The notes beneath the pieces were generated by a model. It ran no database searches, had not been told where the DNA came from, and was given only the letters and a program-made list of their open reading frames with translations. Source: Anaeramoeba ignava BMAN (taxonomy: Eukaryota > Protista > Anaeramoebae). From it: DNA of 64,000 nt. The stretch spans positions 248,001 through 312,000 of the forward strand of contig JAPDFW010000125.1 in NCBI GenBank assembly GCA_028826165.1, read 5' to 3'. Of this stretch, positions 1 through 12,790 are shown in pieces; the stretch's first letter is position 1, and each line of letters opens with the position of its first letter. A program made the translations under genes and the position numbers.

Positions 1-155
1 TATCAATATCAATATAAATAGAAATAGAAATATCAATATAAATATAAATATCAATATAAATATCAATATCAATATCAATATAAATATAAATATAAATATA
101 AATATAAATATCAATATCAATATCAAATTCAAATTCAAATTCAAAATAAAAATAG

Positions 156-1022
156 CTTGAATTCGCTATCTATCCTGCCCCACAAATCTCAACTTCTGTT
201 GTTGAACCTTATAATACTGTACTTTCAACTCATGCTATTCTTGAACACACTGATGTTTCTTTTCTTGTAGATAATGAAGCTCTTTATGAAATCTGTCAAA
301 AAAAATTAGATATTGAAAGACCAACTTACAACAACTTAAACAGATTAGTTGCACAAGTAATGTCATCTTTAACAGCATCATTAAGATTTGAAGGTTCATT
401 GAATGTTGATTTAAGTGAATTCCAAACAAATCTTGTTCCATATCCAAGAATTCACTTTCCATTATGTTCATATGCACCAGTTATTTCAGCAGAAAAAGCA
501 TATCATGAAAAACTCTCAGTTGCAGAATTAACAAATTCAGTATTTGAACCAGGAAATATGATGGTGAAATGTGATCCAAGACATGGAAAATACATGGCAT
601 GCACATTATTATATCGAGGAGATGTTGTTCCAAAAGATGTCAGTTCAGCAGTTGCGATGATGAAGTCAAAAAGAACTGTTCAATTTGTTGATTGGTCTCC
701 AACAGGTTTCAAAGTTGGAATCAATTATCAACCTCCTGCTGTTGTTCCTGGTGGTGATCTTGCTAAGGTTCAAAGAGCTCTGTGTATGTTAAGCAATACT
801 ACAGCTATTTCTGAAGCTTGGAGTAGATTGGATCATAAATTTGATTTGATGTTTGCTAAAAGAGCTTTTGTTCATTGGTATGTTGGTGAAGGTATGGAAG
901 AAGCAGAATTTACTGAAGCAAGAGAAGATATTGCTGCTTTGGAAAAGGATTATGAAGAAGTTGCTGCTGAATCTCATAATTTTGATGCAGTTGTTCAAGA
1001 TGATGATGAAGATTTTGATTGA
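156..1022 (+). CDS. TUBA: alpha-tubulin, last exon (5' part lies outside the window)
   Basis: After the acceptor AG at 154-155 the frame reads [20 protein letters not shown]...LVPYPRIHF...[13 protein letters not shown], which are diagnostic alpha-tubulin motifs. Confidence 0.98.
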   Translation, partial: LEFAIYPAPQISTSVVEPYNTVLSTHAILEHTDVSFLVDNEALYEICQKKLDIERPTYNNLNRLVAQVMSSLTASLRFEGSLNVDLSEFQTNLVPYPRIHFPLCSYAPVISAEKAYHEKLSVAELTNSVFEPGNMMVKCDPRHGKYMACTLLYRGDVVPKDVSSAVAMMKSKRTVQFVDWSPTGFKVGINYQPPAVVPGGDLAKVQRALCMLSNTTAISEAWSRLDHKFDLMFAKRAFVHWYVGEGMEEAEFTEAREDIAALEKDYEEVAAESHNFDAVVQDDDEDFD

Positions 1023-1049
1023 ATTTCTTTTTTTTTCTTTTCTTTTCTT

Positions 1050-1475
1050 TTCTGAATGAATTCCTTTTTTTTGATTGATTTCCTTTTTTTGAATGAATTC
1101 CTTTTTTTTGATTTGATTTCTTTTTTTTTGATTGAATTCCTTTTTTTTTGAATGAATTCCTTTTTTTGAATGAATTCCTTTTTTTGAATGAATTCCTTTT
1201 TTTGAATGAATTTCTTTTTTTGAATGAATTCCTTTTTTGAATGAATTCCTTTTTTTGAATGAATTTCTTTTTTTGAATGAATTCCTTTTTTTTGAATGAT
1301 TTTCTTTTTTTTGAATGAATTCCTTTTTTTGAATGAATTCCTTTTTTTGAATGAATTTCTTTTTTTTGATTGAATTCCTTTTTTTTGATTGAATTCCTTT
1401 TTTGAATGAATTTCTTTTTTGAATGAATTCCTTTTTTTGAATGAATTTCCTTTTTTTTGAATGAATTCCTTTTTT
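1050..1475. repeat. ~19-20 bp minisatellite (TGAATGAATTCC-Tn) downstream of the tubulin stop
   Basis: About 20 visible tandem copies with variable T-run length. Confidence 0.95.
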
Positions 1476-1655
1476 AATTTAATTTGATTTAATTTGAATT
1501 GAATTTGAAAATAAATAGATCTTCGAAATCTTTTAACAAAATTTTTTTATTAATTCTTTTAGAATTTTTCATAAAAAAATTTTTTTTAGCAATAATAGAT
1601 AAAAAGATAAAAAAATAAAGATAAAAATAAAGAAAAAAAAGAAGAAGAAGAATAA

Positions 1656-4600
1656 TTAAAAATCAACTAATTTATCAAGACGAGAAAGTTCGGAAATCAA
1701 AAAAGATTCATCTTGAGTTAAGGTATTAATTTTTGTGTTCAAATCTTTAACAATTTCTGAGTTCTGAGAATTAGCAATAAATTCTTCAAATTTTTTATTA
1801 GAATCAATAGATTCTTCAGATTCAATTTGTTCTTCAGAATGATTTTGTAAGTTTTCAACAAAATTTAAAATTTCGGGATTTATTGAGTTATTTAAATTAG
1901 AATTAGAATTAGAATTAGAATTGGAATTGGAATTAGGATTAGAATTAGGGACTTTGCTAAAGAAACTCATGCTCATCGATGGTCGAAGAGTTGCAAATCT
2001 TTGAACAGAAATTTTTGGATTTTTTTGAACAGAAAGAGAAGAAGTTTTTGGATTTTTTTGAATAGCAAGAGAAGAAATGTTTGAGTTAATTGAATGAGAA
2101 TGAGAAATTGAATTTAAAAGTGGATTTTCAACAGGTTTTTGTTTTGGATTCTGAGAAAAGGGAGCAAGTTCGATTTGCTGTTTCAACTCTTCTTTTTGCT
2201 GTTCCAATCTTGAAACAAGTAACTGCAAACTTTCTATTGTTTCTGTACTTTGAGAAAGTTGCTTTTTCAAACTGACAATTTCTTCAATCTTGCTATTAAG
2301 AAGACGCGAAAGTGTGTTGTAGTCCGATTGCAGTTGTGTGAATGAGTATCTGCTCTGTTCGTTATCCAGATGCATTGAGAAACTTGTCAAAATTTTTGTG
2401 AGCGTACTTTCGTTTTTTTTGCCTGTTTTTTTCTTTGAAGATTCTTGAAGGGATCGAAGATCATCAACCCTTTCTTTCAGAAACTCAATTTGCGAGTGGA
2501 AATTCGCAATGTTTTCTTCTGCTTCTCTGACAAGTGAACTGTTAATTCGTTGTGAATTTTTTGCTTGTGATTTATATTTTTCAAGTTCTTCTTCAAGAAT
2601 CATAATTTCCATTTGATGTCTTTTTTGATATGATTGAGTTCGGAAATTAAGATCCGCAATTTCTTGCTCGCCGAGTTCGATTCTCTTGTTTTTTTCTTGC
2701 AAAATCACTCGCAATTGTCTCAAAGCCGCTAATGCTTGTTCTGTTTTTCGTGATTGAATTTGCAACTGCTTTTTAAATGATCGTCGAAGTGATGCTATTT
2801 CATTGATTTGCTGCGGCGCTCTTGTTTCTTCATTGATATTCACTGATTTTTTGCGAGCGTGAGTTTCCCTTTTGGGTTCTCTTAAGCTTGTTTGAGTGTT
2901 ATTGTTGTTGTTTTGAATATTATCTGAATTTTTCATTTTTTCCATTTTTTCCATTTTTTCCATTTCTTTCTTTAATTCGTTGTTTTGTTCGTTTATTTTT
3001 GCTTTTTCGTTAATTGATTCCTTCAATTTTTCTTCTAAAATCTTATTCTTATTTTTAATTTGTGTTATTTTCGATCTTTCTTTGGAAAGTGATTCTAATG
3101 TTTTTTCTATTTTTTCTTCATATTCTTCAATTGTTTTTTCAAATGAATCTCTTTCTTTTTGGAAATTTTGTTCTTTTTGAGCTGAATTTTTTCGAATTTC
3201 CTCAACAAGAGATTTTAAACTTTCATTTTCTTTGCGAATATTATTAAGTTCTTTTTCTAACGGAATATTTATTTCTTGATTTATTTCTTGAGTGATATTA
3301 ATTTGTTCTTCAATATGATTTTCTTTTTCTTTTTCTTTAATTTTATTTTCTCTTTCTTGGATTTGATTTTCTCTTTCTTTAAGTTGTTTCCGTTTTTTTT
3401 TCAAATGTTTTTTATATTTTTTCAATTTATTTTCTTTTTCTTGGAGTTCATTTTTTTTGAGTTCATTTTTTTCAAATTCATTTTTTTCAAATTCATCTTT
3501 TTCAAACTCATCTTTTTCAAATTCATTTTTTTCAAATTCATCTTGTTGGAATTCATTTTGTTGGAATTCATTTTGTTGGAATTCATTTTCTTTAATTTGA
3601 TTTTCTTTTTCTTTAATTTTATTTTCTCTTTCTTTAATTTGATTTTCTTTTTCTTTCATTTGATTTTCATTTTCTTTAATTTGATTTTCTTTTTCTTTCA
3701 TTTGATTTTCTCTTTCTTTTATTTGATTTTCTTTTTCTTTAATTTGATTTTCTTTTTCTTTAATTTGATTTTCTTTTTCTTTAATTTGATTTTCTTTTTC
3801 TTTAATTTGATTTTCTCTTTCTTTTATTTTATTTTCTTTTTCTTTAATTTGATTTTCATTTTCTTTAATTTGATTTTCTTTTTCTTTAATTTGATTTTCT
3901 CTTTCTTTTATTTTATTTTCTCTTTCTTCAATTCTATTTTCTTCAATTTTATTTTCTTTCATTTTATTTTCTCTTTCTTCAATTTGATTTTCTTCAATCT
4001 CATTTTGTCTTTCTTCAATTTTATTTTCTCTTTCTTTTATTTTATTTTGTCTTTCTTTAATTTTATTTTCTTTTTCTTTAATTTTATTTTCTCTTTCTTT
4101 AATTTGATTTTCTCTTTCTTCAATTTTATTTTCTTTTTCTTTAATTTTATTTTCTCTTTCTTTCATTTGATTTTCTTTCAATAATTGATTTTCTTGTTCT
4201 TCAATTTTATTTTCTTTCAATAATTGATTTTCTTTTTCTTTAAATTTATTTTCTCTTTCTTCAATTTGATTTTCTCTTTCTTTTAATTTTTTATGTTTCT
4301 TTTTTAAGTGGTTGTGTTTTTTTTCCAAATGAATATCTTTTTTATTTAATTTATTTTCTTTTTCTTTTAATTGATTTTCTTTTTCTTTTAATTGATTTTC
4401 TTTTTCTTTTAAATCATTTTCTTTTTCTTTAAAATTATTTTCTTTTTCTTTTTCAATATTTTGATCCAAAAACTGATTTTCATTTTTAAATTCTTCCGTT
4501 TGATTTAATTCTTCTTTTTTCTTCTTCTTATCGATTTTTTTCTTTGTAATTTTTTTGATAAATTCAGATAAATTTTCATTATTTTCTTGAAGTTCATGAA

Positions 4601-7280
4601 TTCGATTTAAAAGTTCTTGTTTTTCAATAGAAAATTTATTTAAAATTTCTGAAAAATTTTGGTGATTAATATCATTATATTTTTCATCATTTTGAATAGA
4701 ATTATTTTCAAAATCATTTAAATATTGATTGTTTTCAAGGCTATTATTAGGGTCAATATTTTGAATATTTTGAATATTTTGAATATTTTGTTTTTCCTTT
4801 TTTAATAAAGCGACTTCAGCTTTAAATTGTTCTAATTGAGTTTTTGTGTCTCTCAATTCAGTAAACATTTCAATAACATCTCCATCATAAATATTCTGTT
4901 CAATATTTTCATCATTTTTCTCATTTGGAGTTAAATTAGTTTTTGTATTTGAAAATTGAAAGTTTTCCATTCTTGGTGAAAGTATTGATGATATAAAAAG
5001 GTTTTTTCGTTGAAGAATTCCCTTTAAATTACTAGAACTATGTGAAGTTCCGATACTTTTTCTTTTAGAAAATTTTTGGAATTCATTTATTAAATTTAAA
5101 ATCTAAGAAAATTTTAAATTTTAATTTTGATTTTAATTTTAATTTAAATTTTAATTTTAATTTTAATTTTTAATTTTAATTTTAATTTTAATTTTAATTT
5201 TAATTTTAATTTTAATTTTAATTTTAATTTTAATTTTAATTTTAATTTTAATTTTAAATTTTAATTTTAATTTTAATTTTAATTTTAATTTTAATTTTAA
5301 TTTTAATTTTAATTTTAATTTTAATTTTAATTTTAATTTTTATTTTAATTTTTAATTTTAATTTTAATTTTAAATTTTAATTTTTAATTTTTAATTTTGA
5401 TTTTAATTTTTTATTTTAATTTTAATTTTAATTTTTAATTTTTATTTTAATTTTGATTTTAATTTTTTAATAACAAACATCTGCTGATTTTGCAAGACTT
5501 CGAAAAATCATAGAAATATAAGTAAATAACGATTTCTCATCAAATCTATTGTGTAGAAAATCATCAAGATCAAGTAATTGTGGAATTCCAAGTAATTCTG
5601 CTGCTTTAAATGCTTTTAGAACACGTTTTTCAGTTTCAATCTTTTAAAATAAAATTAAAATTAAAATCAAAATTAAATTGGAATTGATTATTAAATTAAT
5701 TTTTGGAATTGATTATTAAATTAATTATTAAATTAATTATTAAATTAATTTTTAAATTAATTATTAAATTAATTATTAAATTAATTTTTAAATTAATTAT
5801 TAAATTAATTATTGGAATTGATTAAATTGATTTTTGGAATTGATTATTAAATTAATTATTAAATTAATTATTGGAATTGATTTTTGGAATTGATTATTAA
5901 ATTGATTATTAAATTAATTATTAAATTAATTATTAAATTAATTATTAAATTAATTATTAAATTGATAAAAAAACCACAAAATGGAAAATATTACATTTGG
6001 AATTTTTGTAAAATCTATCAATTCAGGATGATGAACAGCAATCAAAGCGCATAAAGCAATTCCATCATAAAAACTAAAATTTAAAATTTAAAAATTAAAA
6101 TTAAAATTAAAATTAAAATTTTAAAATTAAAAATTAAAATTAAAATTTAAAAATTAAAAATTAAAATTAATATTAAAAATTACCTTGTTGTAAAATTATC
6201 AATTGAAACTTTTAATTTTGTTGCACAGTTTTTACACCAAAGAAGTATAAGATCTTTTGGTTTATAATCATTTGTAAAAATAATTTTGTAAATTGCAAAA
6301 AATTGTATCAAAGACCAAACCATTCCTAAAATCATTTTCATATTCTTTTCAAGAATATCTTCAACACAAATTGTTGTTTTAATTCCAATACTTTTCATAA
6401 ACTTAATGGCTATATTTAAATTTTCAACTTTTAAAACTTTCATTTTTGCATTTGTTTTAAATCCTGAAATTCTATTTGGATAAAAACAATTTTAATTTTA
6501 TAAATGAATTTTAATTTTAATTTTAATTTTAATTTTAATTTTAATTTTAATTTTAATTTTAATTTTGATTTTAATTTTAATTTTAATTTTAATTTTATAA
6601 ATGAATTTTAATTTTATAAATGAATTTTAATTTTATAAATGAATTTTAATTTTTAATTTTATAAATGAATTTTAATTTTTAATTTTATAAATGAATTTTA
6701 ATTTTATAAATGAATTTTAATTTTAATTTTAATTTTAATTTTAATTTTAATTTTAATTTTAATTTTAATTTTATAAATGAATTTTAATTTTAATTTTAAT
6801 TTTATAAATGAATTTTAATTTTATAAATGAATTTTAATTTTCTGTTAAAGATAAACCGTAAATAAATAAATAAGTAAATAAATACTTTTTTTGACTTAAA
6901 TTTTCCAAAAGTCTTATTAAACAAATTCCATCTTGAAATCCATCTTCAAGAGATTCAAATTTTAAATCTTCTGATTTTAATTGGAATTGAATCCAACGAA
7001 CAAAAGTCTAAAAAACCAATAATAACAAAAAAAATTTTTTTTTTACAATTAAATATTCAATTAAAAATAACGTAAATAAAATAAATAGAAGATCCAAAAA
7101 AATAACAACTCATGTTGAATTTTCGCATAATTGTTTTCCAAAATTAAATTAATTTTCAAAAAAGATCTTGAAAGAAAAAGAAAGAAAAAATAAAAAGAAA
7201 ATTAAATTTTTTACTTTTTGTTGCATTTCTTCTCTTGCTTGATTCATTATTGATTTTTGACTTGTTTCTTTATTATCCAT
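1656..7280 (-). CDS. tandem calponin-homology (alpha-actinin-type actin-binding) domain plus long coiled-coil protein, ~1387 aa
   Basis: Exons 7280-7215, 7007-6886, 6471-6184, 6073-5995, 5640-5479 and 5102-1656 join in frame at GT-AG sites. CH motifs: MQQKTFVRWI, FQDGICLIRLLENLS, ENLNIAIKF, ILGMVWSLI, LLWCK, SFYDGIALCALI, LGIPQLLD, DEKSLFTYIS. Confidence 0.9.
3330..4450 (-). repeat. coding 21-bp repeat (IKEKENQ heptad) plus 15-bp NEFQQ/DEFEK repeat
   Basis: Visible in the translation of ORF 1656..4970. Confidence 0.9.
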
Positions 7281-7619
7281 CTGAATAAGTGAAATTTATA
7301 TTTGTTTTTTTTTTTTGGGTTATATTTTTAATAAGGTTTTTTTTTTTTTTATATAATTTTGTTTTTAAGATTTATTTTGCTTTTTTTTTTTATAAAAAGA
7401 AATAAGGAAAATAAAAAAATGAAAATTAAAAAAAGATAAAAAAAAATTTATTTAAAAAAAAAATTTATTCATTTATCCAAAAATTGACTCATTATTATTT
7501 TTTAAAATAAAAAAAAATAATAAAAGAAGAAAATGAATGAATTGGATAAATAAAAATGAATAAAAGTTGTGAAAAAAAAAAAATAAAGAAAAATAAAGAA
7601 AAATTTGATCAATTTCCAT

Positions 7620-8612
7620 TCAATTCTATTCCATTTAATATTTAATTTAATATTTAATTTAATATTTAATTCAATTCAATTCAATATTTAATTCAATTCA
7701 ATATTCAATTTAATATTTAATATTTAATTCAATTCAATATTCAATTTAATATTTAATATTTAATTCAATTCAATTCAATTCAATTCAATTCAATTCAATT
7801 CAATTCAATTCAATTCAATTCAATATTTAATTTAATTTAATATTTAATATTCAATTCAATTCAATTTAATTTAAAATTCAATATTCAATATTAATTCAAT
7901 TCAATTCAATTCAATTTTCATTCAATTTAATATTTAATATTCAATTATTTAATTCAATTCAAGATTCAATTCCAATATTCCCAATTATTCAAAAATGATT
8001 TAATTTAATTCAATTCGAAAATTTAAAAGAAAATATTTTAATATTCAAAATCAATCAATTTCAATTCATTCAATATTCAATTTAATTCAATTCAATATTT
8101 AATATTCAATTTAATTCAATATTCAATTTAATATTCAATATTTAATTCAATATTCAATTCAATATTTAATTTAATTCAATATTTAATTCAATATTTAATT
8201 CAATTCAATTTTTAATATTTAATTCAATATTTAATTCAATTCAATTTTTAATATTTAATTCAATATTTAATTCAATTCAATTTAATTCTATTCAATTTAA
8301 TATTCAATTCAATTCAATTTAATTCTATTCAATTTAATATTTAATTCAATTCAATTCAATATTCAATTCAATTCAATTTAATTCTATTCAATTCAATATT
8401 TAATTCAATTTAATTCAATATTTAATTCAATTCAATTCAATTCAATTTAATTTAATTCAATATTGAATATTTAATTTAAAATTCAATTCAATTCAATTCA
8501 ATTCAATTCAATTCAATTCAATTCAATTCAATTCAATTCAATTCAATTCAATATTTAATTTAATTTAATATTTAATATTCAATTCAATATTCAATTCAAT
8601 ATTCAATTCAAT
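7620..8612. repeat. degenerate (AATTC)n/(AATATTT)n array beginning at the stop of the HExxH gene
   Basis: Direct inspection. Confidence 0.92.
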
Positions 8613-10863
8613 TCAAAGATATCTTTTTTATATTTTTTAAAAATTTCTTCTGAAATTGATTTTGCTAAAACATTTAAAGAATGTGTATCTTCTCTAAAAT
8701 TAATTTCAATAGGAATAACAGGTTTCTTTATAGAAATATCACCACATCTTTCCTTAAAACAAAAATCTAAATGAGATTTCAAACCAATTCTATCTCTAAT
8801 TCCTTCAATAGCAACACGATGTTTCATATAAAATCTTTGTCCATAATTCATTTTTTGATGTTGAGGAGTTTTATAACCAAAAGAATTTCTCCAATCATGA
8901 TATTGGTTTATAAAATCAGTATTATTTTTAAACTTGAGATGATTCGATACAATTTCATCAATCCAATTAATTGCCAAATGTTCAAAAGAAAAGAAGAAAT
9001 TTTTGACATTTTTTTTTGCTTTTTGTTCTTGTTCAATTTCTTCAAAAATTGCTTTTACTAAACTTCCTGATAATCGACTTGCATCATGCTCAAAAATCCA
9101 CAAACTTGGATCTTCTTGTTTCAATTTGCACTGGATTGCATGCATAAATTCATGTGGTGTTGATCGTACACATCTGTATGCATAATCAAGATATACTCTT
9201 TTTGGTCTTGTTGCACACATTTCTTCCCAAAAATCAATTAATTCTTGTGAAAATATTTTTGGATTTGGATATGCAATTTGATTCCCAAAATCTCCTCCAG
9301 CTGCAAAAGCAATATCGTTATCAAGTGACCTTATTTTAAATATAATTTTAATTTTTGATTTTGATTTTAATTTTAATTTTGATTTTAATATTAATTTTAA
9401 TTTTAATTTTAATTTTAATTTTAATTTTAATTTTAATTTTAATTTTAATTTTAAATTTTAATTTTAATTTTGATTTTAATTTTAATTTTAATTTTAATTT
9501 TAATTTTAATTTTAATTTTTTATTATAATTATAATTTTGATTTTGATTTTAATTTTTAATTTTGATTTTAATTTTAATTTTAATTATAATTTTAATTTTA
9601 ATTTTAATTTTAATTTTAATATTGATTTTGATTTTAATTTTAATTTTTGATTTTAATTTTAATTTTAATTTTAATTTTAATTTTAATTTTAATTTTAATT
9701 TTAATTTTAATTTTTAATTTTAATTTTAATTTTAATTTTAATTTTAATTATAATTTTAATTTTAATTTTAAATTTTAATTTTAATTTTAATTTTAATTGA
9801 GCTTCTACCATTTTTCATTAAAAGGGACAATAGCAACACTATATATTTTATTTAAATCAATAGATTCTAAATAAGGACAAAGTGATAAAACTATTTTTTT
9901 TGTATATTCTATAACTGTATTTGTAAGTTCTTCATAATCAAAAACATCTTTTGAATAGAGATACTCTTCCAATTTAGAAATTAATTTCAAAATTTGTTCT
10001 TCATTTAAAATTTCTTTTTTTTCTTCATCAAAAAGAACTATTAGAGATTTTTCTTGAATTTTAATAGAAATTCCAAGTTTTTTTAATAAAGATTGTAAAT
10101 CTTTTTTATGTTTAATAAAGAAAAAGAATTCAAATTGATTTGCTTTAGAAATATCCCAAAAAAAAGATGCTTGATTTTGATTTTCATTTAAATTTTGATT
10201 TTGATTTAAATTTTGATTTTGATTTTGGTTTTGATTTAAATTTTGATTTGGATTTTCATTTAAATTTTGATTTTCATTTTGATTTTGATTTTGATTTTGA
10301 TTTTGATTTTGATTTTGATTTTCATTTTGAATTTGATTTTGTTTTTCATTTTGATTTTGATTTTCAATTTGATTTTCATTTAAATTTTGATTTAAATTTT
10401 GATTTTGGTTTTGATTTTGATTTTGATTTTGATTTAAATTTTGATTTAAATTTTGATTTTCAATTTGATTTTGATTTTGATTTTGGTTTTGATTTTGATT
10501 TAAATTTTCATTTTGATTTTGTTTTTCATTTAAATTTTGATTTTGATTTTGATTTTGAATTTGATTTTGATTTTGATTTTGATTTTGATTTTGATTTTCA
10601 TTTAAATTTTGATTTTCATTTTGATTTTCATTTAAATTTTGATTTTGTTTTTCATTTTGATTTTGATTTTGATTTTGAATTTGATTTTGATTTTGATTTT
10701 CAATTTGATTTTGATTTTCATTTAAATTTTGATTTTGATTTTGATTTTCATTTAAATTTTGATTTAAATTTTGATTTTCATTTATATTTTCAATTTGGTT
10801 TTGATAACGATCAAGAAAAGTAAGTAAAAGTGAAGCCTCAAAAGGATAAAAAAGTTTTTCCAT
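8603..10863 (-). CDS. hypothetical protein with QN-repeat insert and HExxH zincin-like motif, ~593 aa
   Basis: Exons 10863-9809 and 9329-8603 join in frame (TG|G = Trp) across a GT-AG intron. Motif TPHEFMHAIQ...WIFEHDA. Confidence 0.75.
10170..10790 (-). repeat. coding (CAAAAT)n repeat encoding poly-QN
   Basis: Direct inspection and translation. Confidence 0.95.
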
Positions 10864-11045
10864 TTTAAATTTTATTTATTTCAAAAAGAAAAGAAAATGA
10901 AAAAAAATGAAAAAAAAATAAAAAGGAGAAAAACAAATGAAAAAAATAAAAATTAAAAAAGGAGAAAAATAAAAAAATTTTTTTACATTTTTTTTTTCAT
11001 TTTTTCATTTTTCATTTTTCATTTTTTTTTGGCCTTATTAACAAA

Positions 11046-12320
11046 ATGCAAAAAGTCATCAAATTAATTTTTTTACTATTAGCTTTAAATCTAGCATATG
11101 GAGCGCAACAAACAGGGATATTCAAGCCAAAAACAACAACAATCGGAGCGATGTTTGGGTTCAGCACAGCAATATCAGACAAATACAGTATAATTGGGGC
11201 ACCTTTCACAAACCGAACAGGAAATTCCGAAGGATCAGCATATATATTTGAGTATCAAAACAATCAATGGATTCAAAAAACAGAATTTAGTCCTCAAAAT
11301 TCCAACATAGAAAATTTTTTCGGTTTTTCCGTTGCAATTGAAAACCCTTATGTTGTTATTGGATCGCCAAGTAATAATGAGAACGGACCAAGTAGCGGCT
11401 GTATTTATGTCTATAATAACACAAACGACACTTGGTCGTTCCAATCTCAAGTGTTCCCAAATGATGGACAAATTGGGGGACATTTTGGTTACAGTGTGGA
11501 TATCTCAGGAACGCAAATGATTGTCGGATCATACGGCACAAACGAATCAGGATTGGATTCAGGATCCGCTTATATTTTTCAACTTAACGGAATTGTTTGG
11601 ATTCAGCAGGCAAAACTTGTCCCGGCAGATTTGAATTCGGGGGACTATTTTGGATTCAGTGTTGGAATTTCTAATGAGTATGCTATTGTCGGCGCGCCGC
11701 ACCAAAGTCTTAGCGGAATCGATAGCGGAGCCGCTTATTTGTTCCATAAAAACGGCGCTTCTTGGGTTCAAAATTCTAAATTAATTGCTAGTGATGGAAG
11801 CGGTTATGACAGGTTCGCTTGGAGTGTTGCTATTGATAATAGTTATGCTGTTGTTGGCGCTTTTTACCACCAAGATCACGGCGCAGCTTATGTGTTCCAA
11901 AACCAGAACGGAATCTGGACTCAATCCCAAATGTTGACAGCTAGTGATGCTTTTGATCTTGATTATTTTGGAAGAAGTGTCAAAATTAACGGAGATTTTA
12001 TCGTTGTCGGTGCTGATGGCAGAACTGATAATAGTGTTGTTGATAGTGGTGCTGCTTATGTTTTCCAGAATTCTAATGGCAACTGGATCCAAAGCGCAAA
12101 AGTTGTTGCTAGTGATGCTAAAGATAATTGGTACTTTGGATATGCTCTTGATCTTAGTGATAATCAAGTTATTGTAGGTGCTTATGGTGCTGATAATGAC
12201 GGTTATTTGACTGGTGAAATGTTTTCTTACACTGATTTCGGTTTACATCATTCAACTGCTTCTTCTTTTATGTTTTCTTCTCTTTTACTTTTGTTCTCCA
12301 TTTTCTTCTTTTTCTTCTAA
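11046..12320 (+). CDS. secreted or surface FG-GAP (integrin-alpha-like beta-propeller) repeat protein with a hydrophobic C-terminal tail
   Basis: Intronless 424-aa ORF with a signal peptide, seven FG(F/Y)SV..IVGA..GxAY(I/V)F repeats and the tail STASSFMFSSLLLLFSIFFFF. Confidence 0.92.
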   Translation: MQKVIKLIFLLLALNLAYGAQQTGIFKPKTTTIGAMFGFSTAISDKYSIIGAPFTNRTGNSEGSAYIFEYQNNQWIQKTEFSPQNSNIENFFGFSVAIENPYVVIGSPSNNENGPSSGCIYVYNNTNDTWSFQSQVFPNDGQIGGHFGYSVDISGTQMIVGSYGTNESGLDSGSAYIFQLNGIVWIQQAKLVPADLNSGDYFGFSVGISNEYAIVGAPHQSLSGIDSGAAYLFHKNGASWVQNSKLIASDGSGYDRFAWSVAIDNSYAVVGAFYHQDHGAAYVFQNQNGIWTQSQMLTASDAFDLDYFGRSVKINGDFIVVGADGRTDNSVVDSGAAYVFQNSNGNWIQSAKVVASDAKDNWYFGYALDLSDNQVIVGAYGADNDGYLTGEMFSYTDFGLHHSTASSFMFSSLLLLFSIFFFFF

Positions 12321-12790
12321 ATAATTCAAATCAAAAAGAAATTTAAAAAGAAAATCAAAATGAAATTTAAAAAGAAATTTAAAAAGAAATTTAAAATTCA
12401 AACACTTTTTTTGAAAGAAAATAATCTTTCAAAAAATAATAACAAGAAATAAAATTTAAAATTCAATAAAACAAAAAAAAAAAACAAACATTTTATTATT
12501 AATTTTTAGAAATTATTATTAATTTAAAATTAAAAAAATTAAAAGGAGAAAAAATAAAAGGAGAAAGAAAAAAAATTTTTTTTTTTAATTATTTTTTTTT
12601 CATTTTTTTTTTTACAAGATTGTTTAATCTTTAAATTCATTTTTTTTCAATTCAAAACAAAAGAAAAAACAAAAAAAAAAGAAAAAAAAAAAGAAAATTA
12701 AAATAAAAAAGAAAATAAAAAAAAATATTTTTTAACACATTTATAAATTAATAAAACAAAAAATAGAAAAAAATACAAATAAAAATAGAA

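Noticed and set aside
7105-7140. Possible micro-exon (ENNYAKIQHE) needing non-canonical splice sites
   Set aside because: Direct GT-AG splicing of 7215 to 7007 already gives the canonical CH start MQQKTFVRW.
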